Shown here: piece after piece, positions 6,932-15,229 of the stretch
Layout: every line of letters begins with the position of its first letter
Numbering within the stretch: position 1 is the first letter of the stretch
Source: Candidatus Bathyarchaeota archaeon
Lineage (GTDB): Archaea > Thermoproteota > Bathyarchaeia > Bathyarchaeales > Bathycorpusculaceae
Length of the DNA: 32,000 nt
Direction: 5' to 3'
Assembly (NCBI GenBank): GCA_026014705.1
Contig: JAOZHU010000034.1
Location: 12,081-44,080, forward strand
The notes under the pieces: model-generated
Seen by the model: the letters and a program-made list of their open reading frames with translations, nothing else
Database searches by the model: none
What the model was told of the DNA's origin: nothing
Translations under genes and position numbers: made by a program

Positions 6932-8280
6932 TTTTTCACCTCACCAACCTCATCCATGATAACGTTCAAAACATCCAGCTTAAGAGGCTTCGCTCGCTTA
7001 CCAAGCAACCCTGAAACACTGGGCTTTGTTCTTCCCTCATCACCTGATACCAGCTCTTTAACGTAAAGCCCTCCTTGGCAACGAATTTGAAGCTCAGCCA
7101 ACTTAGGCGACACCTTCTTAACTTTAACCCAGTATATGTACTTTTCCCGCATCAAATCCGCACGCCTATGCAAAACACGCAAAGGCGTCTGCTGCTTAAC
7201 CACAACATTGCTCAACTGACACGCCGCAGCCTGCAAATCCTCCTCAGACACATCCTCCTCAAACTCCGCCAAAACACGGTACTCCTTCTGCGCAGACTCA
7301 GCCTTCTTCAACCGTCGCACTACGACCTTGCTGGTGAAACGCAAATTCGAAACCTCAACCTTACCCGCCGCAGCAACGTTAATGGCTTCCTTAAGCTTAG
7401 GCAAATCCAAAAACCGCTTCCGCGGCTTAGAAACCTCCACCACAAAAGGCCTGCCACTGCCCAACATCCGCGCATCAATATCCTCCCTGCCAGAAGCATG
7501 AAAAGCCGTTCGCTCACCTTCAGCCGCCTCCAAAAGCGGCTTCGAAACAAACGCCTCCACCGACTCAGGATAAAGCAGCCCAGTTCCACCGCACTGCTCG
7601 CATCCTCGCCCACGACACCGCGAACAGAACCACTTCGACTGCGGAATATCCCTCACAAGCTTCCGATAACGACCAGCAACAAACAACGGATTCACCTGAA
7701 GCTTAACGCTCTCCGTGAACGGGTTAACAATAATAACCAAGTCAGGCGCACGATAATCCACCGTCTTACCCGACCTCGCCTCAACACCCTTCCCAATCAA
7801 CCGCCCAAACTCATGACGAATGCTTTCGCCGTAGCTAACATTATGCGCGGCTTTAAACTCGTCTTCCCGCTCCTCCACCTCAACAGGCAACTCCACGCCC
7901 ACAAGAAAACTAGTAAACTCGTAACCCTCAACCTCCGCCAAAGCCTTGCTAACCAGCCTGTCAACAGACTGAAACCTGCCTTCACATAGAAAACACGGTT
8001 GAACTTGCTTCGGCACACGCTTCTTCAAATGCCGCAGCGTCTCAGCAGCCTCACGACAAAAACCGTTAACCGCCAAAACCTTAAGGCTCCGCACTCCGCC
8101 AGCATCCTTCAACAGTGCAAAAGCACTAGCCTGCAAAGCTAAACTAAGCTTCAACGCCCTGCCCCGCTCACTGTTCGCCACATCATAGCCCAACAACGCA
8201 AACTGACGCCCCAAGCAATTATCGCACAAGGCATGCGCTTCAAGCAACTGCAAAGCCTTTTCCAAAACACTCATCAACAT
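6928..8280 (-). CDS. pus10: tRNA pseudouridine(54/55) synthase Pus10
   Basis: N-terminal Cys motifs (CDNC...CFLC), a central THUMP-like region, and the ...SGREDIDARMLGSGRPFVVE... catalytic segment characteristic of Pus10. Confidence 0.85.
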   Translation of the reverse strand: MLMSVLEKALQLLEAHALCDNCLGRQFALLGYDVANSERGRALKLSLALQASAFALLKDAGGVRSLKVLAVNGFCREAAETLRHLKKRVPKQVQPCFLCEGRFQSVDRLVSKALAEVEGYEFTSFLVGVELPVEVEEREDEFKAAHNVSYGESIRHEFGRLIGKGVEARSGKTVDYRAPDLVIIVNPFTESVKLQVNPLFVAGRYRKLVRDIPQSKWFCSRCRGRGCEQCGGTGLLYPESVEAFVSKPLLEAAEGERTAFHASGREDIDARMLGSGRPFVVEVSKPRKRFLDLPKLKEAINVAAAGKVEVSNLRFTSKVVVRRLKKAESAQKEYRVLAEFEEDVSEEDLQAAACQLSNVVVKQQTPLRVLHRRADLMREKYIYWVKVKKVSPKLAELQIRCQGGLYVKELVSGDEGRTKPSVSGLLGKRAKPLKLDVLNVIMDEVGEVKK

Positions 8281-8283
8281 AGC

Positions 8284-9618
8284 CTACTTAAAATCAGTCG
8301 GCAACCCTTTACCCATAAAAGGCAACCGCTTCTTCCGCTTAAACATCTTCAACATCTTACGCATCATCACATACTGCCGCAGCAAATCTTTCACATCTTT
8401 TTCAGCCGTTCCAGAGCCACGCGCCACGCGCCTAATCCGCGAAGAATTGAAAACCTTCGGGTTCTCCTTCTCCTCAACCCGCATCGACTGAATAATCACA
8501 CGCCACTTCTCAAGATTCGCCTCAGCCATATTCAACTTATCCTCAGGCAAATCATAAGACATCCCCGGAAGCATCTTAAGCACCTTCCGAAAAGGACCCA
8601 TGCTCTTAAACGCCTCAAACTGCTCGTACATATCTGTCAAAGTGAACTTGCCGCTGAGAATCGCTTTAGCTTTCTTCTCAGGAACCTTAATCTCAGCATC
8701 CCGAACCTTCTCCAAAAGCGTCTCCAAATCACCCATACCCAACAGGCGACCAACGAAACGTGAAGGGACAAAAGGCTCAAGGTCCTCAGTTTTCTCGCCA
8801 GTGCCAATGAACTTTATCGGCGCACCCGTCGCCGCAACCGCAGACAAAGCGCCGCCGCCCCTAGCAGAACCATCAAGTTTAGTAACCAAAATAGCACCCA
8901 CGGGCGTGGCTTCATGAAACGCCTTAGCCTGAATCAACGCTTGCTGCCCAATCGTGCCATCAATAACAAGCATGACCTCATCAGGCTTAATCTTCTTTTC
9001 CAAGTCCTTCATTTCCTTGATAAGATCCTGCTCTTCCTTGTGCCGTCCAGCCGTATCAACAATCACCAAATCCTTATCCGCAAACTGCTTCAAACCCGCA
9101 GAAACAACCTTCACTGGATCCTTAGCCTTCGGGTCGCCGTAAACTGGAAGATTCATGCGGTTCGCCAACTGCTGCAACTGCGCATACGCGCCTGGTCGAT
9201 AAGTGTCCGCGCAAATCAACGCAGGCTTAAGCCCCTTCCTTTGGAAGTACCGCGCAAGCTTGGCTGCAGCCGTAGTTTTCCCCGAACCCTGAATGCCGAC
9301 AAGCATGAGCACCTGTTTCTTGACGGGTTCAATTTTAACGGGAACAGGTTTCTCGCCTACGAAGCGGGTTAACTCCTCATAAACGACCTTTATCACGTGT
9401 TCGCGTCTGGAGATGCCTGGCGGAACTTTCTCCTTCAACGCACGTTCTTCCATTCGCTTGGATATGTCAAGAACCAACTGCACGTTTACGTCAGACTGCA
9501 ACAAGGCACGTTGGATGTCGCGCACGAGCTCTTTAACCGTAGCCTCGTCTACTACGGAAGCCCTGAAAAGCTTCTTCACGGCGCTGGTAAGCGAGGAACC
9601 TAAGCGGTCTAAAGCCAT
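8284..9618 (-). CDS. srp54: Signal recognition particle protein SRP54
   Basis: N domain; G domain with GIQGSGKTT, DTAGR and TKLDG motifs; Met-rich C-terminal M domain. TAG stop. Confidence 0.95.
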   Translation of the reverse strand: MALDRLGSSLTSAVKKLFRASVVDEATVKELVRDIQRALLQSDVNVQLVLDISKRMEERALKEKVPPGISRREHVIKVVYEELTRFVGEKPVPVKIEPVKKQVLMLVGIQGSGKTTAAAKLARYFQRKGLKPALICADTYRPGAYAQLQQLANRMNLPVYGDPKAKDPVKVVSAGLKQFADKDLVIVDTAGRHKEEQDLIKEMKDLEKKIKPDEVMLVIDGTIGQQALIQAKAFHEATPVGAILVTKLDGSARGGGALSAVAATGAPIKFIGTGEKTEDLEPFVPSRFVGRLLGMGDLETLLEKVRDAEIKVPEKKAKAILSGKFTLTDMYEQFEAFKSMGPFRKVLKMLPGMSYDLPEDKLNMAEANLEKWRVIIQSMRVEEKENPKVFNSSRIRRVARGSGTAEKDVKDLLRQYVMMRKMLKMFKRKKRLPFMGKGLPTDFK

Positions 9619-9916
9619 TAGCGTCTCCAGTTCTTAAACATCCACAGCGCCTTTAAATATATATTGCAGCGGAAACCAAGTCGCTCACGCCAGCGGTTAT
9701 GCGTTTTTAATGTTTAGGAAACAGAGCGCGTGAAGTTTAATGGAGTAGGCGTTGAGCCTCAGCCCCATCGTTTTAGGTTTCGTCACCATTCAGACGGCTC
9801 TTCACGCATCATCGGCTCCGAGAGATAAAGTAGGGCAGCGTGGAGATAAACTTTGACGAAAATCTTTTTATCACAAGTTGGGCTTACAGGTGAAAAGAAC
9901 AGCGTGGTGAAAACCG

Positions 9917-10120
9917 TTGAGTGCCGAACGCGCGATACACATTGCCGTCTTTGCCCTGCTGCTTGCGGGTTCTTGGAGCTTGAGCGCATGGGCAAGCTAC
10001 ACCTACATAGCAAGCGACATACTCAAAATAGCAGGCATAACATTAAGCTGGGGAATAATTCTCTTGGCACTCTATGTTATCTTTAAGAAGCTTGATTGGG
10101 ACTGGTGGAACCCAATATAG
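9917..10120 (+). CDS. Hypothetical small membrane protein (two predicted TM helices)
   Basis: 67-aa ORF with a TTG start. Two hydrophobic stretches (AIHIAVFALLLAGSW..., ITLSWGIILLALYVIF). Third positions follow the local strand bias. No recognisable family. Confidence 0.3.
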   Translation: MSAERAIHIAVFALLLAGSWSLSAWASYTYIASDILKIAGITLSWGIILLALYVIFKKLDWDWWNPI

Positions 10121-10176
10121 AAACGCTTAAAGCAATCTCCCAAGCAGCAGTCAAGGTGACAGAGGTCAACTATCGC

Positions 10177-10569
10177 CTATTTTGCTCTGGCTAGTTTTAT
10201 TCTACCCATTATCTTCCAGTACTCGATTTCAGCACCCGCAACCAGCTTAGCCTTCAACTCCTCTTCATCAGGAAACGGCGCATCCAAATACTCAAACGTC
10301 TCCAAATCCATTATTTGGACGCCGTTAGGGTTCACAGCGAACACTTGCCCTACCCTCTTGTCGATTATTGGAACCTCAGCGTTGCTGTCCACAGGCTTAA
10401 CAAACTGGCGTTTCTGGTTATCGAATACACCGATGGCGACTATTCTTGCTTTGGCTGAACCATGTTTGCCGGGTTTAGATTTGGTTACGTCCATTATGCG
10501 GCATGGTTCGCCGTCAATTATCATGTAGCCTCCGACTCGTAATTCGCCTACACTCACGGGTTTGGTCAT
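10177..10569 (-). CDS. eif5a: Translation initiation factor 5A (aIF5A)
   Basis: ...GGYMIIDGEPCRIMDVTKSKPGKHGSAKARIV... contains the hypusine-loop motif. 130 aa. TAG stop. Confidence 0.93.
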   Translation of the reverse strand: MTKPVSVGELRVGGYMIIDGEPCRIMDVTKSKPGKHGSAKARIVAIGVFDNQKRQFVKPVDSNAEVPIIDKRVGQVFAVNPNGVQIMDLETFEYLDAPFPDEEELKAKLVAGAEIEYWKIMGRIKLARAK

Positions 10570-10618
10570 GCTCTCACCAAATGCCTAATCATTAGAAGCA
10601 TTTCTGAACAACATCCAT

Positions 10619-10632
10619 ATATAGATTAAGGT
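10619..10632 (+). repeat. 14-bp direct repeat, left copy (candidate attL)
   Basis: Exact 'atatagattaaggt', repeated at 23382-23395 in the same orientation. It lies 37 nt from the 3' end of the integrase gene. Confidence 0.5.
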
Positions 10633-10669
10633 TTTACTGCCAGCATATATATCTAGTTTGGAGTCGTTT

Positions 10670-11950
10670 TCATTTGCGTTTTCTGAAAAGCTTCTGGCCT
10701 TCCATTTCTGTCACGTATTCAAAGCCTACTTCTAAGAGTTTGCATGCTTCTTCAACGGTCGATGCGACTTTGACTATGTAGTCGTTGGAGCTTTCGCCGA
10801 ACGCCATCTTCTCCAAGTTGACGTAGATCTGCGTGGTGAGGACGCTTTTGTGCCCCAGCAGTTTTGAGATATAGAAGATGTCGGGTTTTTTGTGGTACTG
10901 CATTGTTGCGTACCAGTGGCGGATGAGATGGAAGTGTATCTTTGCGATGCGTGGATTGCTTAGTCGGTGAGCGATGCGCCTTCTCTGGTTGATCAGGCAC
11001 CATGTTGCGCTGCTTTTGTTCATTCTACCGAAGACCGTGTCGTTTTCTCTTCTCAGGTTGCTTAGCATGCTTATCAGCACTGTTGATACGGCGAAGACGC
11101 GGGGTAAGCTGTGTTTCTCTGCTTTGCGTAGCGTAATTGTGCGCATGTCAAAGTTTATGCATGCCCAAGTTAAGCTTAGGCATTCGCCCAGTCGCATTCC
11201 TGTTTCTTTCATCAGCTGCAGTAAGGCGCTGAGTCTTTTTGCTGAGCCGGTTATGAGTGCGTCGATTTCAGCTTCGGTTGGTAGGAATTCCGGCAGTTTC
11301 TCGATGTAGTCGTATTTTGGCGGTGCCCAAGTTTTGCCAAGGAACGTTAGAAATTTAGTGTAGGCGCAGGAGTAGACGAATTTTGTGTTTTCAACCAAGT
11401 TCATTTTTGCGAGGGCTTCTTTTACATTTTCAGGGTCGTTTATGTTGGCGTGTCTTGCAATGCTGCGGAGGGCAGTGTTGAAGGTTTTGACTGTTGAGTC
11501 GGATAAGCCGTCTTTTTGGCAGTAGAGCGCGAACTGGAGCAGTTTACCTTTGACGTCTGCATCAGTGATTTGCCCCATTCCCGCAACGGTTTTTGTTTCC
11601 GCTGCAGTTTCCAAATTTTTCGCTTCCTCGATGGTTGCGCATATTTGGCGTTTAGAAACTATGGCTGTCTCGGTATTTATTGACCATTTTGAATTTTCTT
11701 TTGGTGGTTTTTCGGTGAATCTGTAGTTGCAGTTCCTGCAGAGCCAACGCTGAAACACTGAACCATCAGGATAATAGCGTTGACCGTCACGGTAGAGACT
11801 GCTTAACCCGCACTCTGGACACGTAACGGCATGATCGGCTTGGTTGCTTGAAGTCTCGTGGCCATGCTGAGGCTCACCTTCTCGGTTAACTTTGCCCTTG
11901 AAGCGCAAGTGAGAAGATTCGGGGCTACTTGGAGCCTCAGCTTCAGCCAT
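10670..11950 (-). CDS. Tyrosine recombinase/integrase with N-terminal zinc ribbon
   Basis: CPECG...CRNCNYRF zinc ribbon. C-terminal catalytic region ...TGMRLGECLSL...HLIRHWYAT...LLGHKSVLTTQIYV... gives the R..H-x-x-R..H..Y pattern of XerC/D-like integrases. The ATG overlaps the upstream stop (TAATG). Confidence 0.9.
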   Translation of the reverse strand: MAEAEAPSSPESSHLRFKGKVNREGEPQHGHETSSNQADHAVTCPECGLSSLYRDGQRYYPDGSVFQRWLCRNCNYRFTEKPPKENSKWSINTETAIVSKRQICATIEEAKNLETAAETKTVAGMGQITDADVKGKLLQFALYCQKDGLSDSTVKTFNTALRSIARHANINDPENVKEALAKMNLVENTKFVYSCAYTKFLTFLGKTWAPPKYDYIEKLPEFLPTEAEIDALITGSAKRLSALLQLMKETGMRLGECLSLTWACINFDMRTITLRKAEKHSLPRVFAVSTVLISMLSNLRRENDTVFGRMNKSSATWCLINQRRRIAHRLSNPRIAKIHFHLIRHWYATMQYHKKPDIFYISKLLGHKSVLTTQIYVNLEKMAFGESSNDYIVKVASTVEEACKLLEVGFEYVTEMEGQKLFRKRK

Positions 11951-12135
11951 TAGCGGATGAACCCTCTTTTACGTTTTATACCCGTTATGTTGCTGGACGG
12001 CAGATCAGGTGAAGCTGTGCCAACTGAATGGTTACGGTGCGCGTACCTAAAAGGGCTTATCTGAATCGTTCTGTTTTCGTTCAAGTTGATGCTAGCAACG
12101 GTTACGGTTCCACGCTGCTTGCCTGTTCGTCTCAT
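11950..12135 (-). CDS. Hypothetical small basic protein, translationally coupled to the integrase
   Basis: 61-aa ORF. Its TAA overlaps the integrase ATG, and its own ATG lies 2 nt after the upstream small ORF stop. No family recognised. Confidence 0.4.
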   Translation of the reverse strand: MRRTGKQRGTVTVASINLNENRTIQISPFRYAHRNHSVGTASPDLPSSNITGIKRKRGFIR

Positions 12136-12137
12136 TG

Positions 12138-12281
12138 TTAGGCATCCTCCGATGGCTTTTCCTTGTGCTCGTAATCGTCGAGATGTTCATCCATGATCTG
12201 CCATGCTTCTTCTCGGGCAATCCGACGAATCAATTCAACGAGAAGCGCATGATCCACTTTTTCCTCAGTCAACTTTGCCAT
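12138..12281 (-). CDS. Hypothetical 47-aa helical protein (below the ORF-track cutoff)
   Basis: Hand translation gives MAKLTEEKVDHALLVELIRRIAREEAWQIMDEHLDDYEHKEKPSEDA. GGAGG lies directly upstream of the ATG at 12279-12281. TAA at 12138-12140. It sits inside the co-directional operon. Confidence 0.3.
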   Translation of the reverse strand: MAKLTEEKVDHALLVELIRRIAREEAWQIMDEHLDDYEHKEKPSEDA

Positions 12282-13290
12282 TCCTCCGTGAGCAGTTCAT
12301 TAGGCAAAAGCCAAGTTTGCGGATAGTTGCGCATCTATAGGGTCGATAATTTCGAGCCAAAAGGTCTCTGATGTAGTAGAGGCTTTTTTCAAAGCTGTAA
12401 TCGGTCTGGTTCTTGAAGAGTTCGGCGGTTTGCTCTGCAGAAAAGCCCTTGTTCAAGAATTCGGTGGCTATGGCAATCCGCATCCCATGCCCAGCAACGC
12501 CTGATAAATCAGCACACAGTGCCGCGTCAATGCAGGGTCTTATTTGCCCATGCCTCGCCGAGTTGTAACGGTAGGCGATCCGTCGGGTTTTCTGTTGGAT
12601 TTTGCTTTGGCATAGTCCGCAAAAATCTTCTGTTAACCCCTGCTCTTTAAATGGTGTTATGCAGTTCAGGATTAGGCTTTCTCGGTCTACGTTTACGGGT
12701 GTGCATGGTTTGAGGCTTTTTTCGTGAATCGAGTAAGGTACCCTTGCTAACCGCTTTATGTCACCTAGAACCTGTCGATCCAAGGTTTGGAATAAGAAGC
12801 CTTTAAGGAGCAGTTCCTATGCTGTCTGGTAGAACGTTTTTGCGGTTTGGGCTGAATCAAAGTGTTCTGTTTTTTGGAGCCAAACGTAGATGTTGTAGCC
12901 TTTCGAGCCGCTGAAGCATACAAGCGGTTTAACGCCGTAACTTTCTTGTAGCACCGTAGCAAGCGTGTTTGCTTCTTTCCAAGCAAGGCTAAGGTCTGGG
13001 CTGTCAAAGTCAAAGAACAGCTTTTCTACAGCGGAAACGCTGTTGCGTCCGTTGAAGGGTTGAACGCTCATCCAAGCCGGAGCACGATTCCTCATGCACC
13101 AAGCGAGGTATTCTTCGAAAGCTACGGGAGAGGTTAGGAAAACTCGGTCGCCATTGAAGACTTCCCGCCCATAATTAGCTGTCTGGAACCATGAACGCCA
13201 AAAGCTCTGATCCTGCAGTGCGTCTAAGTTTTGGTTAGTCGTGGTGTTCCCTCCATTCTGCCCCTGTAAACGTGCGCTTGAGCGCGTCAA
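12265..13290 (-). pseudogene. Archaeo-eukaryotic primase (PrimPol/PriS-like) fused to a PriL-CTD-like Fe-S domain, interrupted by one in-frame TAG (12817-12819)
   Basis: Upstream part: ...EKLFFDFDSPD... (DxD motif) and ...VCFSGSKGYNIYVWL... (motif II). After the TAG, in the same frame: ...LDRQVLGDIKRLARVPYSIHEKS... (motif III). Then ...RPCIDAALC...GHGMRIAIATEFLNKGFSAEQTAELF...YYIRDL...YRCATIRKLGFCLMNC, which resembles the 4-Cys PriL C-terminal domain. The start is uncertain (TTG at 13290, overlapping the helicase 3' end). Confidence 0.7.
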
Positions 13291-15214
13291 AGCATGAGGG
13301 GCATTTGCTTAGAACATCTCCCTGAGGCGTCACTACTTTGTATCCAGCTTTCTTGGTGCATGAAGAGCAATCGCTTGAAGTATCCTGCCAGTACACGAAA
13401 AGGTGCTTTGGTGGGGCTGCTGGGTCACGGGAGTCACGCAGGTCACGGTTTTCCTGCACGGTGAAGTTACTGCTTTGGGAAGAAGAAGACAAATCCCTGC
13501 CGCTACTGTTGTCTTCTTCTCTTTCTTTCTGCTCTGAAGTTGGATTGAAAGAAGAAAAAACGTCTCTGCTGCCAAAAATTGCTATTTTTTCTTCTTCTCT
13601 TCGCGGAGATAGTCCTGTGCTGTTTTCTTTATCGCGCATAAAAACCGTGACTCCCGTGACCTCCGTGACCAACTTATCTCTAAGAAGGCTCTGAGTTTGG
13701 AAAACGCTTTTTGGAACGTAGTCTACGATGAATTCTTTCAGTCGCTTCTCTAATCGTTCAGGTTCGAAGAAGATGACTCGGTATGATTTGCCGCCGTCTT
13801 TGATGAAGGGAGGTAACCCGGTGCTGGCGATGTTTAGGCTTTTGATTGCTTTGCGGATTGATTGGCTACTCCATTTGAAATGCAAAGCCAAGTCGGATGT
13901 GGTTAGGGGCTTGCATTCTAAACGTTCGTTTTGGTCTTGCCCTTCCGCGTCTGCCGCTTCTAGGAAGTAGTATGTGTTGGACTGCCAATGTTTAAAGAGA
14001 CCTTCGTTGATTTTTTCCCAGAAATAGTTGACGAGTAAGCCGTCCATGCTGTTGGTTTTTTCTTCAATTTTGAGTTTCTGAACTGCCCGGGCTGTTTCGG
14101 TTATGGTTTCTTTGAGCGTTGGCTCGTAGCGTGAAAGCGCCAAGAGCGGAAGCAAACTTGCAATTAAGCGGTGGTCGATTAGCTCGTCTATCCATGAGTC
14201 TTTTTTGATGGTTATCTCTTGGTGGTATCGCATGCGCAGGTAGAGGAGTTTGTTTTGGAACGCTAGGCCTTCTCTTAGCATTTCGTCGGTCTCTATGACA
14301 GGCAGACGCTTGTCGCTGGCTTCACTGTAGAAGGGTAGGGCGCGGCTTTCGGTGGCGTTGTCGTCAAAGGGTTTGCGCTGCGTCAAAATGGTTAAGCCGA
14401 AGTTGGTGAAGGTGTCCGTTATCCGCGGATTCTTAGGGTTCTGTCTGCTCAGTGGCGTTCCTGTGGCGCGGCAGTTAAGGAAATGCACAAGTTCGCTCTT
14501 CTCATTTGTGTTAGCAAAATCCGCCTCATCCAAAACTAGAGTTCCTTGCCAGAGATCTAGTGGACGGTAGAGGCTGGGGATTCTGTGCGTGGACATTTCA
14601 AAGTAGGGTCTGTAGCTGAGCGTTCTCAGCAGGAAGGCTAAGCGGTTTTTACCCGACTGGCTTGGTCCTCTTATGGGGATGATAGGCGCGAATTTGCCTG
14701 CGCCTGCCACGTCGTATTGGGGATTAGTGATGAAGCGGTCGAGGAACCATGAGCCCACGGTTATTCGGGTTAGGAGTCGTATCATGGCGTCTCTGCCGCA
14801 TGAATCGTAAGCTCTTTGGATGTATTCGTCTATCTCAGAGAAGACCTGTTTGAATGTGGTCTCGGTTACACCTGAAGGGAGCAGAACGAGACCTTTTCTT
14901 AGGGCATCGTTGTCTACGGGGCAGTAGATGATTTTTCTGCCTTTGCCGTCGACTTCGCCTAGGTCTATTTGGGCGGCTTGCTCAACCTTGCCTAAGCTGT
15001 AGTGGTAGATTAGGTATTGGGGTGGGTCTTTGCGGTTCCAGATTTCCTCAGCCAAAAAATCATCTGTAGCAACGGTTGGCTTGGGAATTAGAATCGTTTT
15101 TTCTATGTCTGCTTGGCACTTGGGGCACTTTTTGGCGTTGCGCTGTACTGATGCGCCGCAGTGTGGGCATTGGGTTTTATCCGGTTGACTGCTGCAGTGT
15201 TTGTTTTCTGCCAT
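13235..15214 (-). CDS. Putative replicative helicase/NTPase (SF3-like P-loop) with N- and C-terminal zinc ribbons
   Basis: CPHCG...CPKCQ at the N-terminus. Walker A is RGPSQSGKN and Walker B is LVLDEADF about 35 residues later, with a possible motif C (LTILTQ). A low-complexity linker follows, then C-terminal CSSC...CPSC. AGGAG lies 12 nt upstream of the ATG. Confidence 0.7.
   Translation of the reverse strand: MAENKHCSSQPDKTQCPHCGASVQRNAKKCPKCQADIEKTILIPKPTVATDDFLAEEIWNRKDPPQYLIYHYSLGKVEQAAQIDLGEVDGKGRKIIYCPVDNDALRKGLVLLPSGVTETTFKQVFSEIDEYIQRAYDSCGRDAMIRLLTRITVGSWFLDRFITNPQYDVAGAGKFAPIIPIRGPSQSGKNRLAFLLRTLSYRPYFEMSTHRIPSLYRPLDLWQGTLVLDEADFANTNEKSELVHFLNCRATGTPLSRQNPKNPRITDTFTNFGLTILTQRKPFDDNATESRALPFYSEASDKRLPVIETDEMLREGLAFQNKLLYLRMRYHQEITIKKDSWIDELIDHRLIASLLPLLALSRYEPTLKETITETARAVQKLKIEEKTNSMDGLLVNYFWEKINEGLFKHWQSNTYYFLEAADAEGQDQNERLECKPLTTSDLALHFKWSSQSIRKAIKSLNIASTGLPPFIKDGGKSYRVIFFEPERLEKRLKEFIVDYVPKSVFQTQSLLRDKLVTEVTGVTVFMRDKENSTGLSPRREEEKIAIFGSRDVFSSFNPTSEQKEREEDNSSGRDLSSSSQSSNFTVQENRDLRDSRDPAAPPKHLFVYWQDTSSDCSSCTKKAGYKVVTPQGDVLSKCPSCFDALKRTFTGAEWREHHD
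13423..13450. repeat. Iteron set 1: three GTCAC(G) units at a 9-nt period
   Basis: 'ggtcacgggagtcacgcaggtcacggtt', with GTCAC at 13424, 13433 and 13442. It matches the reverse complement of 13643-13670 at 23 of 28 positions. Confidence 0.6.
13643..13670. repeat. Iteron set 2: three GTGAC units at a 9-nt period, inverted relative to set 1
   Basis: 'aaccgtgactcccgtgacctccgtgacc', with GTGAC at 13647, 13656 and 13665. Confidence 0.6.
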
Positions 15215-15229
15215 CCGGTGGGGGGTCTC

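Noticed and set aside
8278-8286. srp54 ends in TAG, and pus10 starts two codons later in the same frame (TAG GCT ATG). This could be taken as a read-through fusion.
   Set aside because: Both proteins are complete and of normal length. In-frame juxtaposition happens by chance in one of three cases. Nothing else supports a fusion.
7075-9637. Long + strand ORFs antisense to pus10 and srp54 (7075-7989 at 304 aa, 8233-8763, 8600-8917, 8914-9372 and others).
   Set aside because: Same compositional artefact: low-complexity products, each fully inside a confidently identified minus-strand gene.
9619-10176. A search for a tRNA gene or other integration target next to the integrase (also 10570-10669, 16586-16690 and 18300-18670). 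Also the ORFs at 9783-10013 and 9853-10086.
   Set aside because: No cloverleaf-compatible, GC-rich tRNA-like segment was visible by eye. The two ORFs overlap each other on opposite strands, have no motifs, and one is Cys/Arg/Ser low-complexity.
12817-12819. Reading the in-frame TAG of the primase as pyrrolysine or as evidence of a reassigned stop codon.
   Set aside because: TAG is the terminator of at least ten well-defined genes in this window, including rpoF, srp54, eif5a and DUF655. No pyl genes are visible. A nonsense mutation, leaky read-through or a sequence error are more economical explanations.
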